Below are positions 50,656 to 59,863 of a stretch of DNA of 64,000 bases, one piece after another. A program made the position numbers and the translations under genes. Within the stretch, counting starts at the first letter, position 1. Each line of letters opens with the position of its first letter. Under the pieces are notes generated by a model. It saw nothing but the letters and a program-made list of their open reading frames with translations, had not been told where the DNA came from and did no database searches. The DNA is from Myxococcota bacterium (lineage in GTDB: Bacteria; Myxococcota_A; Bradymonadia; UBA7976; UBA1532), in NCBI GenBank assembly GCA_036337435.1, contig JAYZEG010000062.1, positions 64,001 to 128,000 of the forward strand, read 5' to 3'.

Positions 50656-51903
50656 GTGGGCGAAAAAATAATCTCAAAAGAGTTTATCAAGGCATTGCCG
50701 AAAACCGACCTTCACGTCCACTTAGATGGGTCCATCAGGCCGGCGACGCTGATTTCGCTCGCCCGTGAGTACGGAGTGGAGCTTCCAAGTTATACGGAGC
50801 AGGGTTTACGGGAGACCGTTTTTAAAGACCGCTATGAGAATCTGGGTGAGTACCTTTCTGGTTTCGGTTACACCGTGGCTGTCCTCCAGAGCGAATTGGC
50901 ACTTGAGCGTGTGGCCTACGAATTAGCGGTCGATAATCAGGAAGAAGGCGTTCGCTATCTGGAGGTCCGATTTGCACCACAGCTCCATGTCCATTCACAC
51001 CTTCATGCATTGATGGTCTTAAAAGCTGTCAATCGAGGGCTTGAGAGAGCGCAAGCCGAGTTTAACTCAAGTGCGGCCGTTATCGAAAATGGAGAACCGC
51101 CGTTTCATTATGGCATTATTGTCTGTGCCATGCGCATGTTCAGACGGAATTTCAGCGAGTATTTCAAGTCGCTTATCAACGCCCATCGGCATGCACCGCA
51201 GAAAGAAATTTACAGCATGGCATCTCTGGAATTGGCGCGAGCGGCTGTGATTGCCCGAGATGTACACGGATTGCCGGTGGTGGGTTTTGATCTCGCCGGT
51301 GAAGAGGCAGGCTATCCTGCGGGTGACCATGCTGCTGCGTTTGAATACGCACATAAACATTTTATGAAGAAAACGGTGCATGCTGGTGAGGCATATGGGC
51401 CTGAAAGTATTTTCCAAGCGATTACCGACCTCTATGCAGATCGAATAGGGCACGGTACTTACTTACTCCAGTCGGACATGATCACAGATCCGGAAATTGA
51501 AGATAGGCAGCATTATGTCAGGCAGCTCAGCCAGTACATTGCTGATCGACGAATTACCTTAGAAGTCTGTTTGACAAGTAATTTACAGACCAATCCGAAT
51601 ATGAAGTCTCTGGCAGAGCATACCTTTCGTAATCTTCGAGAAGCGCGATTGTCCACGACCATATGCACCGATAATCGAACGGTCAGTAACACGACCGTCA
51701 CGAATGAGATTATGCTCGCCGTAAAGCATCTCAACCTTGATTTCTACGACTTGAAGTCAATTATCATTTACGGTTTTAAGCGCAGCTTCATGCCCATTTC
51801 ATATCTCGACAAACGGGCTTATGTCAGAAAAATAATCGATTTTTATGAGTCCGTTGAACGCCAATTCTTCCACACCGACAAAGACGACTCCAAGCGAGCG
51901 TAG
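50656..51903 (+). CDS. add: Adenosine deaminase family protein
   Basis: DLHVHLDGS, TVHAGE, RIGHG, EVCLTSN, TDN. AGGAG precedes GTG 50656. Confidence 0.9.
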   Translation: MGEKIISKEFIKALPKTDLHVHLDGSIRPATLISLAREYGVELPSYTEQGLRETVFKDRYENLGEYLSGFGYTVAVLQSELALERVAYELAVDNQEEGVRYLEVRFAPQLHVHSHLHALMVLKAVNRGLERAQAEFNSSAAVIENGEPPFHYGIIVCAMRMFRRNFSEYFKSLINAHRHAPQKEIYSMASLELARAAVIARDVHGLPVVGFDLAGEEAGYPAGDHAAAFEYAHKHFMKKTVHAGEAYGPESIFQAITDLYADRIGHGTYLLQSDMITDPEIEDRQHYVRQLSQYIADRRITLEVCLTSNLQTNPNMKSLAEHTFRNLREARLSTTICTDNRTVSNTTVTNEIMLAVKHLNLDFYDLKSIIIYGFKRSFMPISYLDKRAYVRKIIDFYESVERQFFHTDKDDSKRA

Positions 51904-51904
51904 C

Positions 51905-53161
51905 GTGATTCGCCGCCTCTGTATCGGGTTGTGCGTCTGGACATCTTTTGCATGTTCACCCGCCCCGACTGTCCGAGCAGGTGATGGGGGTGATCGGCAG
52001 CAGGTGTATTTCTCTGATGCGGGTTCCGCTCGCTTGGGCATCGAAGTGTATCGCGATGCAACGGCGGAGCTGCCGGATGTGATTTCACTCTCGGAGACCG
52101 GCGCGTGTCGAACTGGGCGCACCGCGGGTACGGTTTGCGCACCGAACGGCCGCTATATTGCCGGTGCGCGGGTCAGTGCCGAGACCAGAACCTGTCGAGG
52201 TGAACCCCGAGTTGTCGAGACAACAGCCGACGTGAGGGGCTACTTCGTTTTAGCCGATCTCGCCCCCGGTCCCGTCAATATCACCATTACCAGCGGCAAT
52301 TTTGTTGGGCGATTCTCAGTGGATATCGTTGCGGGTCGAGAAGTGCCTGTGTCCAATGAGGGGTCGGCAAAGGTTTGCCTGCCGCCGGATAATGCTCGAC
52401 TCGCTGTTCTCACGGGTGACTACGACGATATCGGTGCTGTCATCGATGATTTAGGTTTTGACCATGATGTTATCTGTGGCAGTTGGAGCAACGCCCGACC
52501 CGCACTCGGCTTTTTAGCAGATTTGGAGAGACTGACCCAATACGCGATTCTATTCATCAATTGTGCGAGTGGCGTCAACTTTCGAGCCACCAATCCTGAA
52601 ATGGAGACCATCTCGGACAATATCCGAGAATATGTCCGGCGGGGCGGCTCTCTTTATGTGTCGGACCTCGCTGTTGACTGGGTACAGCGTTTATGGCCTG
52701 ACAAGATCCAATTCTTAACAAGCAATCCTCAGGACCGTGAGATCGACCCATGTTGTGTCTGTACAACCGATTGCGACCTAAGTTGCTATGTTGAGCCCCC
52801 TGACGAACCGACGTACAGCTGCTCTCTTCCCAATGATTTGCCGCAAGTCTGTCGGGAACCATCGGGGCCCACCGGTTTTGGTCAGTTGGGTGAATTAACC
52901 GGTGATATTGTATCGCCATTTTTGAGGCAGTTTGTGTCCGATGGCCAAATTCCAGTGGCGTTCGACGCGGGGGGGTGGGTTGAGATTGATTCTGTGGCAG
53001 CCGACGTTGAAGTGTTGGTCAGAACGGAGGCCCGTCCGCTGATGGTCCTGTTTGAACCGTATCCTGGTGGTGGTCGGGTCGCTTACACGAGTTTTCACAA
53101 TCATGGTCAGGCCACGGAAGCGATGCTTGAGATCCTTCGCGCCTTAATTTTTAGGCTCTAA
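51905..53161 (+). CDS. Lipoprotein with carboxypeptidase-regulatory-like domain and GATase-like alpha/beta domain
   Basis: Lipobox SFAC, Ig-like domain (ETTADVRGYFVLADLAPG), then AVLTGDYDDI, LFINC, YVRRGGSLYVSD, GRVAYTSFHN. Confidence 0.7.
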   Translation: MIRRLCIGLCVWTSFACSPAPTVRAGDGGDRQQVYFSDAGSARLGIEVYRDATAELPDVISLSETGACRTGRTAGTVCAPNGRYIAGARVSAETRTCRGEPRVVETTADVRGYFVLADLAPGPVNITITSGNFVGRFSVDIVAGREVPVSNEGSAKVCLPPDNARLAVLTGDYDDIGAVIDDLGFDHDVICGSWSNARPALGFLADLERLTQYAILFINCASGVNFRATNPEMETISDNIREYVRRGGSLYVSDLAVDWVQRLWPDKIQFLTSNPQDREIDPCCVCTTDCDLSCYVEPPDEPTYSCSLPNDLPQVCREPSGPTGFGQLGELTGDIVSPFLRQFVSDGQIPVAFDAGGWVEIDSVAADVEVLVRTEARPLMVLFEPYPGGGRVAYTSFHNHGQATEAMLEILRALIFRL

Positions 53162-53177
53162 TAGGATTTGTCCCGTT

Positions 53178-54752
53178 ATGCAAGAGCGCACAAACCTACT
53201 CCTTCCAAATGCGACAAGATGGTCGAGCACAGACCCCATCATCGAGCTAAGAAATGTGTCGAAAGTATACGATAACGTCGCTGTCATCGATGGTTTGTCT
53301 CTGGCCATAGAGCCCGGTAAGACGACTGTGATCTCCGGACAATCGGGGAGTGGGAAAAGTGTTCTGTTAAGGATGATGAATGGCCTAACTCTTCCCGATG
53401 AAGGGGACGTTTTTCTTTTCGGACAAGAGCTCAGGACAGCCACTGAGCAGGTGCGTACCGAGTTGCGAAAGCGGTGCACAATGGTCTTTCAGAATTACGC
53501 ATTAATCGATTCGATGACGGTGGCACAGAATATCGGATTCCCCCTCGCCGAAAACACAAAAATGTCAAAAAAAGACATTCGAGAACTTGTCCATTCTTTG
53601 CTGGAAATGCTCGAATTAAGTCATGCAATTGACCTCTTGCCGGCAAGTTTATCTGGTGGCATGAAAAAACGTGTGGCTCTTGCGAGAGCCGTGATTACCA
53701 ATCCTGAGGTCGTTCTCTTCGATGAACCAACGACGGGCCTCGACCCTGTAATGATCGAGTTTGTTGATCAACTGATTTTAAGAACCCAGCAGGAATATGG
53801 AATCACGTCCGTCATTATATCTCATGACATGGCGTCGAATCGTCGTCTGGCCGACCGAATGGCGATGCTTTCTGACGGTCAGATTATCGCATCGGGCACC
53901 TTCGACGACATCATGTCCAGTTCGATTCCAGCTGTGCGCGAATTCATGCAAGATGTCTCTGAAACACGCTCGATTCATGCTGACGAAGCAGAACAAATCG
54001 ACGGTAACACCGAGGATGACGATTTTGTGGTTGAGGTCGAAGAGTTGCATAAGTCATTCGGTGAAAATCATGTACTCAAAGGGATTTCGTGTCGAATCCC
54101 CAAACGCAAAATCACTGTCGTTATAGGGGGGTCTGGCTCAGGTAAATCGGTTCTGATTAAACATATGATCGGCCTTTTCGAACCGACATCTGGTCGCGTG
54201 CGGGTGTTTGGCCAAGATTTGTCTGAGTTGACCAGTCGGGACATGCAGGGTGTCCAAGCGAAGATTGGCATGCTCTTTCAGGGCGCGGCTTTGTTCGACT
54301 CCATGAGTGTCCAGGAAAACATCGCATTTCCCCTCGTCGAAGAGCGGCGAAAAACCAAAAAAGAGATTCAAAAGTTGGTGCATGAAGTTGCCGGGCGACT
54401 GTCCGTTGATTCCATCCTGGACCAAATGCCGAGCGAAATTAGCAATGGTCAGAAAAAGCGAGTTGCCCTTGCTAGGGCACTCATCACTGAACCAGAAATC
54501 ATGATTTATGATGAACCAACGACCGGCCAAGACCCAATCATGATGAAGCGAGTTGACGATATGATTGTCGAAGCTGCGGAGAAATTTGATATCACGAGTA
54601 TTGTGATCAGTCATGATATGAAATCGACGTTTCGCATCGCTGACCAGGTTATTATGATTAAAAATGGTGACCTTGTGATTGCCGATTCACCCCAGGCCTT
54701 ACGGATATCGACAGACAGTCGTGTAAAAGAGTTTATCTTTGCTGGATCCTAA
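53178..54752 (+). CDS. ABC ATPase made of two fused MlaF/Mkl-like domains
   Basis: Two Walker A (GQSGSGKS, GGSGSGKS), two Walker B (FDEPTTGLDP, YDEPTTGQDP), MlaF-like motifs LFDSMSVQENIAFPL and LSGGMKKRVALARA. Confidence 0.88.
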   Translation: MQERTNLLLPNATRWSSTDPIIELRNVSKVYDNVAVIDGLSLAIEPGKTTVISGQSGSGKSVLLRMMNGLTLPDEGDVFLFGQELRTATEQVRTELRKRCTMVFQNYALIDSMTVAQNIGFPLAENTKMSKKDIRELVHSLLEMLELSHAIDLLPASLSGGMKKRVALARAVITNPEVVLFDEPTTGLDPVMIEFVDQLILRTQQEYGITSVIISHDMASNRRLADRMAMLSDGQIIASGTFDDIMSSSIPAVREFMQDVSETRSIHADEAEQIDGNTEDDDFVVEVEELHKSFGENHVLKGISCRIPKRKITVVIGGSGSGKSVLIKHMIGLFEPTSGRVRVFGQDLSELTSRDMQGVQAKIGMLFQGAALFDSMSVQENIAFPLVEERRKTKKEIQKLVHEVAGRLSVDSILDQMPSEISNGQKKRVALARALITEPEIMIYDEPTTGQDPIMMKRVDDMIVEAAEKFDITSIVISHDMKSTFRIADQVIMIKNGDLVIADSPQALRISTDSRVKEFIFAGS

Positions 54753-54762
54753 TTCGGCCAGT

Positions 54763-55404
54763 CTAAGGCTGTTTTTCTTCGGTACGCTCTGAACTCGCGT
54801 CATCTTCAAAGGTCAGGGCCACGGAATTTACACAATGTCTCAACCCCGTGGGTCTCGGACCATCTCGAAAAACATGGCCTAAATGACCATTGCATCGTGC
54901 GCAGACAATTTCCATGCGGAGCCTGCCGTGACTTCGGTCAGGAACCCGCTTCACTCGATGTTTCAAACTTCGATAAAAACTGGGCCAACCTGTGCCAGAC
55001 TTAAATTTTGTTTTTGATGAAAATAAGGGGGCACCACAACCAGCGCAACGGTAGGTTCCCGTACGAGTGTTATGCAGCAGGGCACCGCTATGTGCACGCT
55101 CGGTTCCTTGTTGGCGTAAAATGTAGAATTGTTTTTCTGACAATCTACTTTTCCATTCTGCTTCGCTCAAAATGAAAGGTTCGTAAGAATCGGGGTCTAC
55201 CTGACCCTGTTTAGTGCTCTGCTTTCCATCGCGTGCTTCTGATTGTTCTTTGGGAGCGGATGCTGGCTTCGATGTGGGTTGTGACGTCGAGTGTGACGCC
55301 CCGTTGTCTGGCTCGGTCGCTGCGGCATCTTGTGCATTTGCCCGATCGAATGGCATGAGCAGCGCAGAGATGAGCCATGCTGTCTGATGGAATCGTTGGA
55401 CCAT
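54763..55404 (-). CDS. msrB: Peptide-methionine (R)-S-oxide reductase with signal peptide
   Basis: GTER, CAGC, SGTGWPSF, CARC, HLGHVF, GPRPTGLRHCVNS. Confidence 0.93.
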   Translation of the reverse strand: MVQRFHQTAWLISALLMPFDRANAQDAAATEPDNGASHSTSQPTSKPASAPKEQSEARDGKQSTKQGQVDPDSYEPFILSEAEWKSRLSEKQFYILRQQGTERAHSGALLHNTRTGTYRCAGCGAPLFSSKTKFKSGTGWPSFYRSLKHRVKRVPDRSHGRLRMEIVCARCNGHLGHVFRDGPRPTGLRHCVNSVALTFEDDASSERTEEKQP

Positions 55405-55456
55405 GTCAAAGCCTCCTTTAGACGGTCTCCCCCTTAAATAAACCGAGCGTCTAATC

Positions 55457-56656
55457 TCAGAATTTCTCCAAGATCTCTTTTACGACGATGACGACCATGA
55501 GAATCATCAATAAAAGCATGCCAATGCCATGGATTACACTCTCGACCAATGGCGGAACAGCCTTTCGGGAAACAGCCTCAATACCGACGAATAAAAGACG
55601 ACCGCCATCCAAGGCGGGTAATGGAAAGAGATTAATCACGCCTAGGTTGATGCTGAGTATGGCCATAAAACTGATAAACCATTCCAGGCCCATTTTAAGC
55701 GTATCGGCACCCGTGTCTGCCATCTTTACGACACTTGCGAGCTGAACGGCTTCGGTTCCTTCAAACCATCGCCCCACGATTCTCATCATTCCACGCACAA
55801 CAGCCCAGGTCTCTACGCATCCAAGTCGGATGGCATCGGTCCATGATTGTGCGCCGAATCTGACCACATCCGGCGAGATACCGAGGACGTAACCCTTGGG
55901 GGTCTTCTCTGCCTTCATCTCGATGACGTGACTTGGCCACTCATTGGGAATTTTGGGAAAGGATAAGGCGACGCCCGTTTTATCATCGACCTTCGTTTGC
56001 ATAGGCGGCGGCGTGCCGTCGGGAGATCGCCTGATGGTGACTCTCAAGGTCTGGCCTGCTGTTTTTCCGACAACTTTCTTGAGCTCTGAGAAACTTCGGA
56101 CTGGATAGCCGTTGATGGACTCGATTGAATCGTATGGTTTGAGTCCTGCAGCCAAAGCTGCACCGCTCACATCTCGGATGACCTGCGTGCCTTCATGCCG
56201 CCAGTCATAGGTCACCGCTGTCGATGACCCAAACAAGAAACTATAGGTTACGATGGCCAGCAGAAAGTTCGCCATGGGACCGGCTATCATCACAATCGCA
56301 CGCTGCCAGGGTGGGTATTCCCGAAGAGCATGGGTGCTGCTGTCGGATATATGTCCGTCGCGCCGCCTGTGGCTTGTGCGCGTGAGACCCTCTAATTGTA
56401 CGTAGCCACCAAACGGGATAAGCGCGAATTGAAAAGTGGTCTCTCTGCCGTGAATCCGGATCAATGCGGGCCCAAAACCAATGGAAAAGCGAGTCGCTTT
56501 CATTCCGAAAAAACGGGCTGCAAGAAAATGCCCTAACTCATGGACGAGGATGAGTATATTGAATCCGATGATAAAGAGAATTAACGACACACCGTAAACC
56601 AATTGAAACGAAAGGGCTGATTGGTCGAGGATAACGCGGACGGTCGAGTACGTCAT
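55457..56656 (-). CDS. rseP: RseP-like M50 intramembrane metalloprotease with PDZ domain
   Basis: HELGH, FSIGFG, IPFGGYV, AGPMAN, NLFPLPALDGG. Confidence 0.9.
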   Translation of the reverse strand: MTYSTVRVILDQSALSFQLVYGVSLILFIIGFNILILVHELGHFLAARFFGMKATRFSIGFGPALIRIHGRETTFQFALIPFGGYVQLEGLTRTSHRRRDGHISDSSTHALREYPPWQRAIVMIAGPMANFLLAIVTYSFLFGSSTAVTYDWRHEGTQVIRDVSGAALAAGLKPYDSIESINGYPVRSFSELKKVVGKTAGQTLRVTIRRSPDGTPPPMQTKVDDKTGVALSFPKIPNEWPSHVIEMKAEKTPKGYVLGISPDVVRFGAQSWTDAIRLGCVETWAVVRGMMRIVGRWFEGTEAVQLASVVKMADTGADTLKMGLEWFISFMAILSINLGVINLFPLPALDGGRLLFVGIEAVSRKAVPPLVESVIHGIGMLLLMILMVVIVVKEILEKF

Positions 56657-56705
56657 GGTAATTTGTCGTTAAAAGAAACCGAACAGGAGATCGCATCTGG
56701 TTACT

Positions 56706-57905
56706 TTGTCACCTATTTTGATGTTGGTTGCTTTGAATCTCGGCGGCGCGGGCGTCGAACTCGGCGGTGGCCTCTTGAATGAACGGATGGTCTTGTCGGC
56801 TCAACCATGGGTCTCCATCCGCTATTCAGTGGCAGAGATATCTATTGGACCAAAGCTAAACTTTGATCTTCGGGATGGCCAACTGCGTCAGCAAGATTGG
56901 GATGAACCAGGAGATTATGGACTCATCGTTCACAAGTTCAGTTGGGGCAAATGGCTGCGTGGAGGTGCCATTGCACACAAGAGCTTTGGCAATGGCACCC
57001 TGGTCAACCGATACCATAACCGAGTCGACAGAGATCACGGTCGATTGGGTCTCGAACTCAAAATCCTCACTGAAAAACAACGCTTTTGGCGGCCCAATCG
57101 CTATGAACTAATGGTCGACCAAGTTCTGGATAGTCCTGTAATGGCTGGTGGTTTTGGTTGGTGGTCAAAAAATGGAGAGCTCAACGTGCTCTATGCAGCC
57201 GACCATGCTGCGCCTACGCAGATTGAACCGGCTGTACAAGCCGATGGGTGGCTCAAACATTCACCTCGCTCGCGCTGGGCATTGGGTCTATCCAGCCGGT
57301 GGCAATTAATCCCCCGCGGTGGGCAAATGGAACTGGCCTTCATCGGGGATATCAACACGATACGAACCAGGGGCTGGGGGATTCACTCCGGTCTTGAAAT
57401 TGCGTTCCAAGATCGGGATGACTGGCGTGTTCAGCTGCGGGTTCTTGGAATGCGTTCTGGACGCGATTACACATGGAGTCTTTTTGACACGAGCTATTTG
57501 ATCGACCGATGGCGCGGTATTGAATCCGAACTAGAAAACGCTGACGCCGTATGGGGGCTTCAAGGGCTCTTTCAATTGACCGTGCAAAAAGCTCTGATCA
57601 TCGGTTTTGAATATACGGATGTCGAGCAGTCCGATAGAACGGATTTTGGAGCCTGGATGAGGATCCCTCTGGACCGGTTTACTCTGGGTGCATTTTGGAA
57701 GGTGAGGCGAGTCAATGGGTTTCTTGAAACGTTCGACTGGGATAAGTTGCTCGCTGCGCTATCAGGACGATATCGGGTCAACCATTGGTTTACAGTCACT
57801 GGTGTGTTGAGTCGAGATTGGTTCGTTGATCGAGATAATGCGACTTATGCACCGAGAACAACCGCTTTAATCATGGCTGGTTTTGACTGGATTAACCCCC
57901 GCTAG
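56706..57905 (+). CDS. Hypothetical exported protein, possible outer-membrane beta-barrel
   Basis: Signal-like N-terminus and alternating aromatic/polar beta-strand patterns. Confidence 0.6.
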   Translation: MSPILMLVALNLGGAGVELGGGLLNERMVLSAQPWVSIRYSVAEISIGPKLNFDLRDGQLRQQDWDEPGDYGLIVHKFSWGKWLRGGAIAHKSFGNGTLVNRYHNRVDRDHGRLGLELKILTEKQRFWRPNRYELMVDQVLDSPVMAGGFGWWSKNGELNVLYAADHAAPTQIEPAVQADGWLKHSPRSRWALGLSSRWQLIPRGGQMELAFIGDINTIRTRGWGIHSGLEIAFQDRDDWRVQLRVLGMRSGRDYTWSLFDTSYLIDRWRGIESELENADAVWGLQGLFQLTVQKALIIGFEYTDVEQSDRTDFGAWMRIPLDRFTLGAFWKVRRVNGFLETFDWDKLLAALSGRYRVNHWFTVTGVLSRDWFVDRDNATYAPRTTALIMAGFDWINPR

Positions 57906-58656
57906 CAGCCAATAAAATACCGGCTGCGACCGAAACATTTAATGACTCCACGCCGCCAGGCCCCGCGATTTTAATCGTCCGATTGCACTCGTTTAAAACG
58001 GATTGGGAAATCCCCCGGTTTTCATTACCAAGAACAAAGCAAACGGGCTTTGGGAATGCTGCTTGAGTCAAGGTGTCTTTGGCTCGGTGGTCAGCGGCGA
58101 TGACGTCGAAACCCAGCTCACGAAGTTCGCGGAGGCCGCCAGAAAGCGTTGAGCATCTGATGATAGGAATGTGCTCTGCCCCGCCTTGTGAGACGCGCAG
58201 TGCCGCTGGATTAACGGCTGTTCTACTTTCGTCGGTTAAGTAGGCATCGGCACCGAACCAGGCCATGCTTCTTAAAATCGCACCCATATTATGGGGATTC
58301 GTGATCCCATCGGCAGCGATGATGCATTTGGCTTTCTTGAGCGTCTTTTTTGTTGTTCCAAAGGCTTTTGTCAGGAGCGGTTGAGCGATGGCGACAACGC
58401 CTTCGTGGTGGGGCGTACCCGCCACTCTTGTTAAGTCGTCTATCTCGACTTCTCGATAGGGTTTTCGGTTTTTTGCCGTGGCCTTCAATACCGGACCAAT
58501 TTCTTTCCGAATTTGTTTTAAATAGAGTACGCGGCGGAGATCCTGAGGGCGGTGCTTCGCGAGGGCGGTTACGGCTCGGAGCCCATAAATGACACTTTCC
58601 TTTTGGCTCACGACTTCATCTCCCATTCGAATCTGGCCTACCAACCAAGTAGACAA
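57892..58656 (-). CDS. TrmH/SpoU-family RNA methyltransferase
   Basis: IYGLRAV, HEGVVA, NPHNMGAILRS, VLGNENRGI, ESLNVSVAAGIL. The true start may be slightly downstream. Confidence 0.92.
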   Translation of the reverse strand: MSTWLVGQIRMGDEVVSQKESVIYGLRAVTALAKHRPQDLRRVLYLKQIRKEIGPVLKATAKNRKPYREVEIDDLTRVAGTPHHEGVVAIAQPLLTKAFGTTKKTLKKAKCIIAADGITNPHNMGAILRSMAWFGADAYLTDESRTAVNPAALRVSQGGAEHIPIIRCSTLSGGLRELRELGFDVIAADHRAKDTLTQAAFPKPVCFVLGNENRGISQSVLNECNRTIKIAGPGGVESLNVSVAAGILLAASGG

Positions 58657-58707
58657 GACTCTATCACAGAGTCAGAATGGAGGCCTGTTTGTACTGAATT
58701 GAAGCAC

Positions 58708-59391
58708 ATGGATACGTCTCAAGGCCAATTTGGACACGCGATCTCAACGGCGTTTGGCTTGTTGATTTTGTCGAGTTTTACTCTCTTAGCTGGTTCACAG
58801 CTCATCGCATTGGCTGAACTTCCAGGCAACTGGCCCAAATTATCCATCATGATGTGGACACCCACATGTCTCCTTTTAATCGCAATCGCCATTCGTCGAT
58901 TGAGTCCAGTGCAGGTGCGCTCGTGGGCCGCAACAAACGAGAGCATAAAGTTAGCAATCGCTGGGTTTTCTATCGGCGTTTTATCCGCGCCATTACTCGC
59001 CATTGTCACCAATGTAATCCGCCTCATGGTTCAAGGGGATGAAGTCAATCATCAAGTCGCTTTGGTGACGCTGAACAACCCAACCCCTTTCGAGTCAAGT
59101 CTGGTCGCGATGATGATCATTATTTTCATTCCGGTCGCCGAAGAGATTTTGTATCGAGGCGTCTTGTTTGATGCATTGCGTGCCCTGATCAGCGACCGGG
59201 CGGTGGTTGTTTTGACCGCGATCACCTTTGGAATTGCACATTTTGATGTCGCCAACTCCATCGGTACTGGCCTTCTTGGACTCGGGTTAGGCTGGCTGCG
59301 GTTAAAAAGTACGACCATTTGGCCTTGCATTTTACTGCACGCAGGCTTCAATCTAGTCGGCTATTCTGTCATCCTGCTCACGAGCAGCTAA
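58708..59391 (+). CDS. CPBP-family (CAAX/Abi) intramembrane glutamic endopeptidase
   Basis: PVAEEILYRG, FGIAH and LLHAGFN motifs in a polytopic membrane protein. Confidence 0.9.
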   Translation: MDTSQGQFGHAISTAFGLLILSSFTLLAGSQLIALAELPGNWPKLSIMMWTPTCLLLIAIAIRRLSPVQVRSWAATNESIKLAIAGFSIGVLSAPLLAIVTNVIRLMVQGDEVNHQVALVTLNNPTPFESSLVAMMIIIFIPVAEEILYRGVLFDALRALISDRAVVVLTAITFGIAHFDVANSIGTGLLGLGLGWLRLKSTTIWPCILLHAGFNLVGYSVILLTSS

Positions 59392-59509
59392 TTGGGGCTT
59401 TGGTTCAACTTGACGAAACCCGATCTGTGTTTAAATGCTCTTGGTGGTAGGTGGCAGACCCGTTCCTGTCAGTCTCATGGGTCAAATTTGAAGCGAGGAG
59501 AGGTGGAAG

Positions 59510-59863
59510 TTGAGTAATCAACGCGACGATGAACGGCGGTCCGACCGCCAAGGTCAAACAGAAACACTGACCCGTCGGCGTTTAAAACGGCCTCCGCTTT
59601 ATCGAGTTATCTTTCACAATGATGATTACACAACGCGGGATTTTGTGGTGATGGCGCTCATGCGGTATTTTCACAAAACACACGCTGAATCGACGACACT
59701 CATGCTGCAAATTCATACCCAAGGAAAAGGCATTGCTGGCCTCTATCCTTTGGATATTGCGCGTTCGAAGCAACTGCAGGTTGAATCCCTCGCCAGAGAC
59801 TACGAAATGCCACTCAAACTCACCATCGAGGCCGATGATGACGGTCAGGAGGAAGATGAGTAA
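59510..59863 (+). CDS. clpS: ATP-dependent Clp protease adaptor ClpS
   Basis: PPLYRVIFHNDDYTTRDFVV, MLQIHTQGKG. Overlaps clpA by 1 nt. Confidence 0.95.
   Translation: MSNQRDDERRSDRQGQTETLTRRRLKRPPLYRVIFHNDDYTTRDFVVMALMRYFHKTHAESTTLMLQIHTQGKGIAGLYPLDIARSKQLQVESLARDYEMPLKLTIEADDDGQEEDE

Noticed and set aside
59409..59436. Shared CTTGAC...GTGT motif upstream of clpS and hsp20 as a heat-shock promoter
   Set aside because: The spacing differs between the two sites, and the -10 elements match neither the sigma32 nor the sigma70 consensus well.
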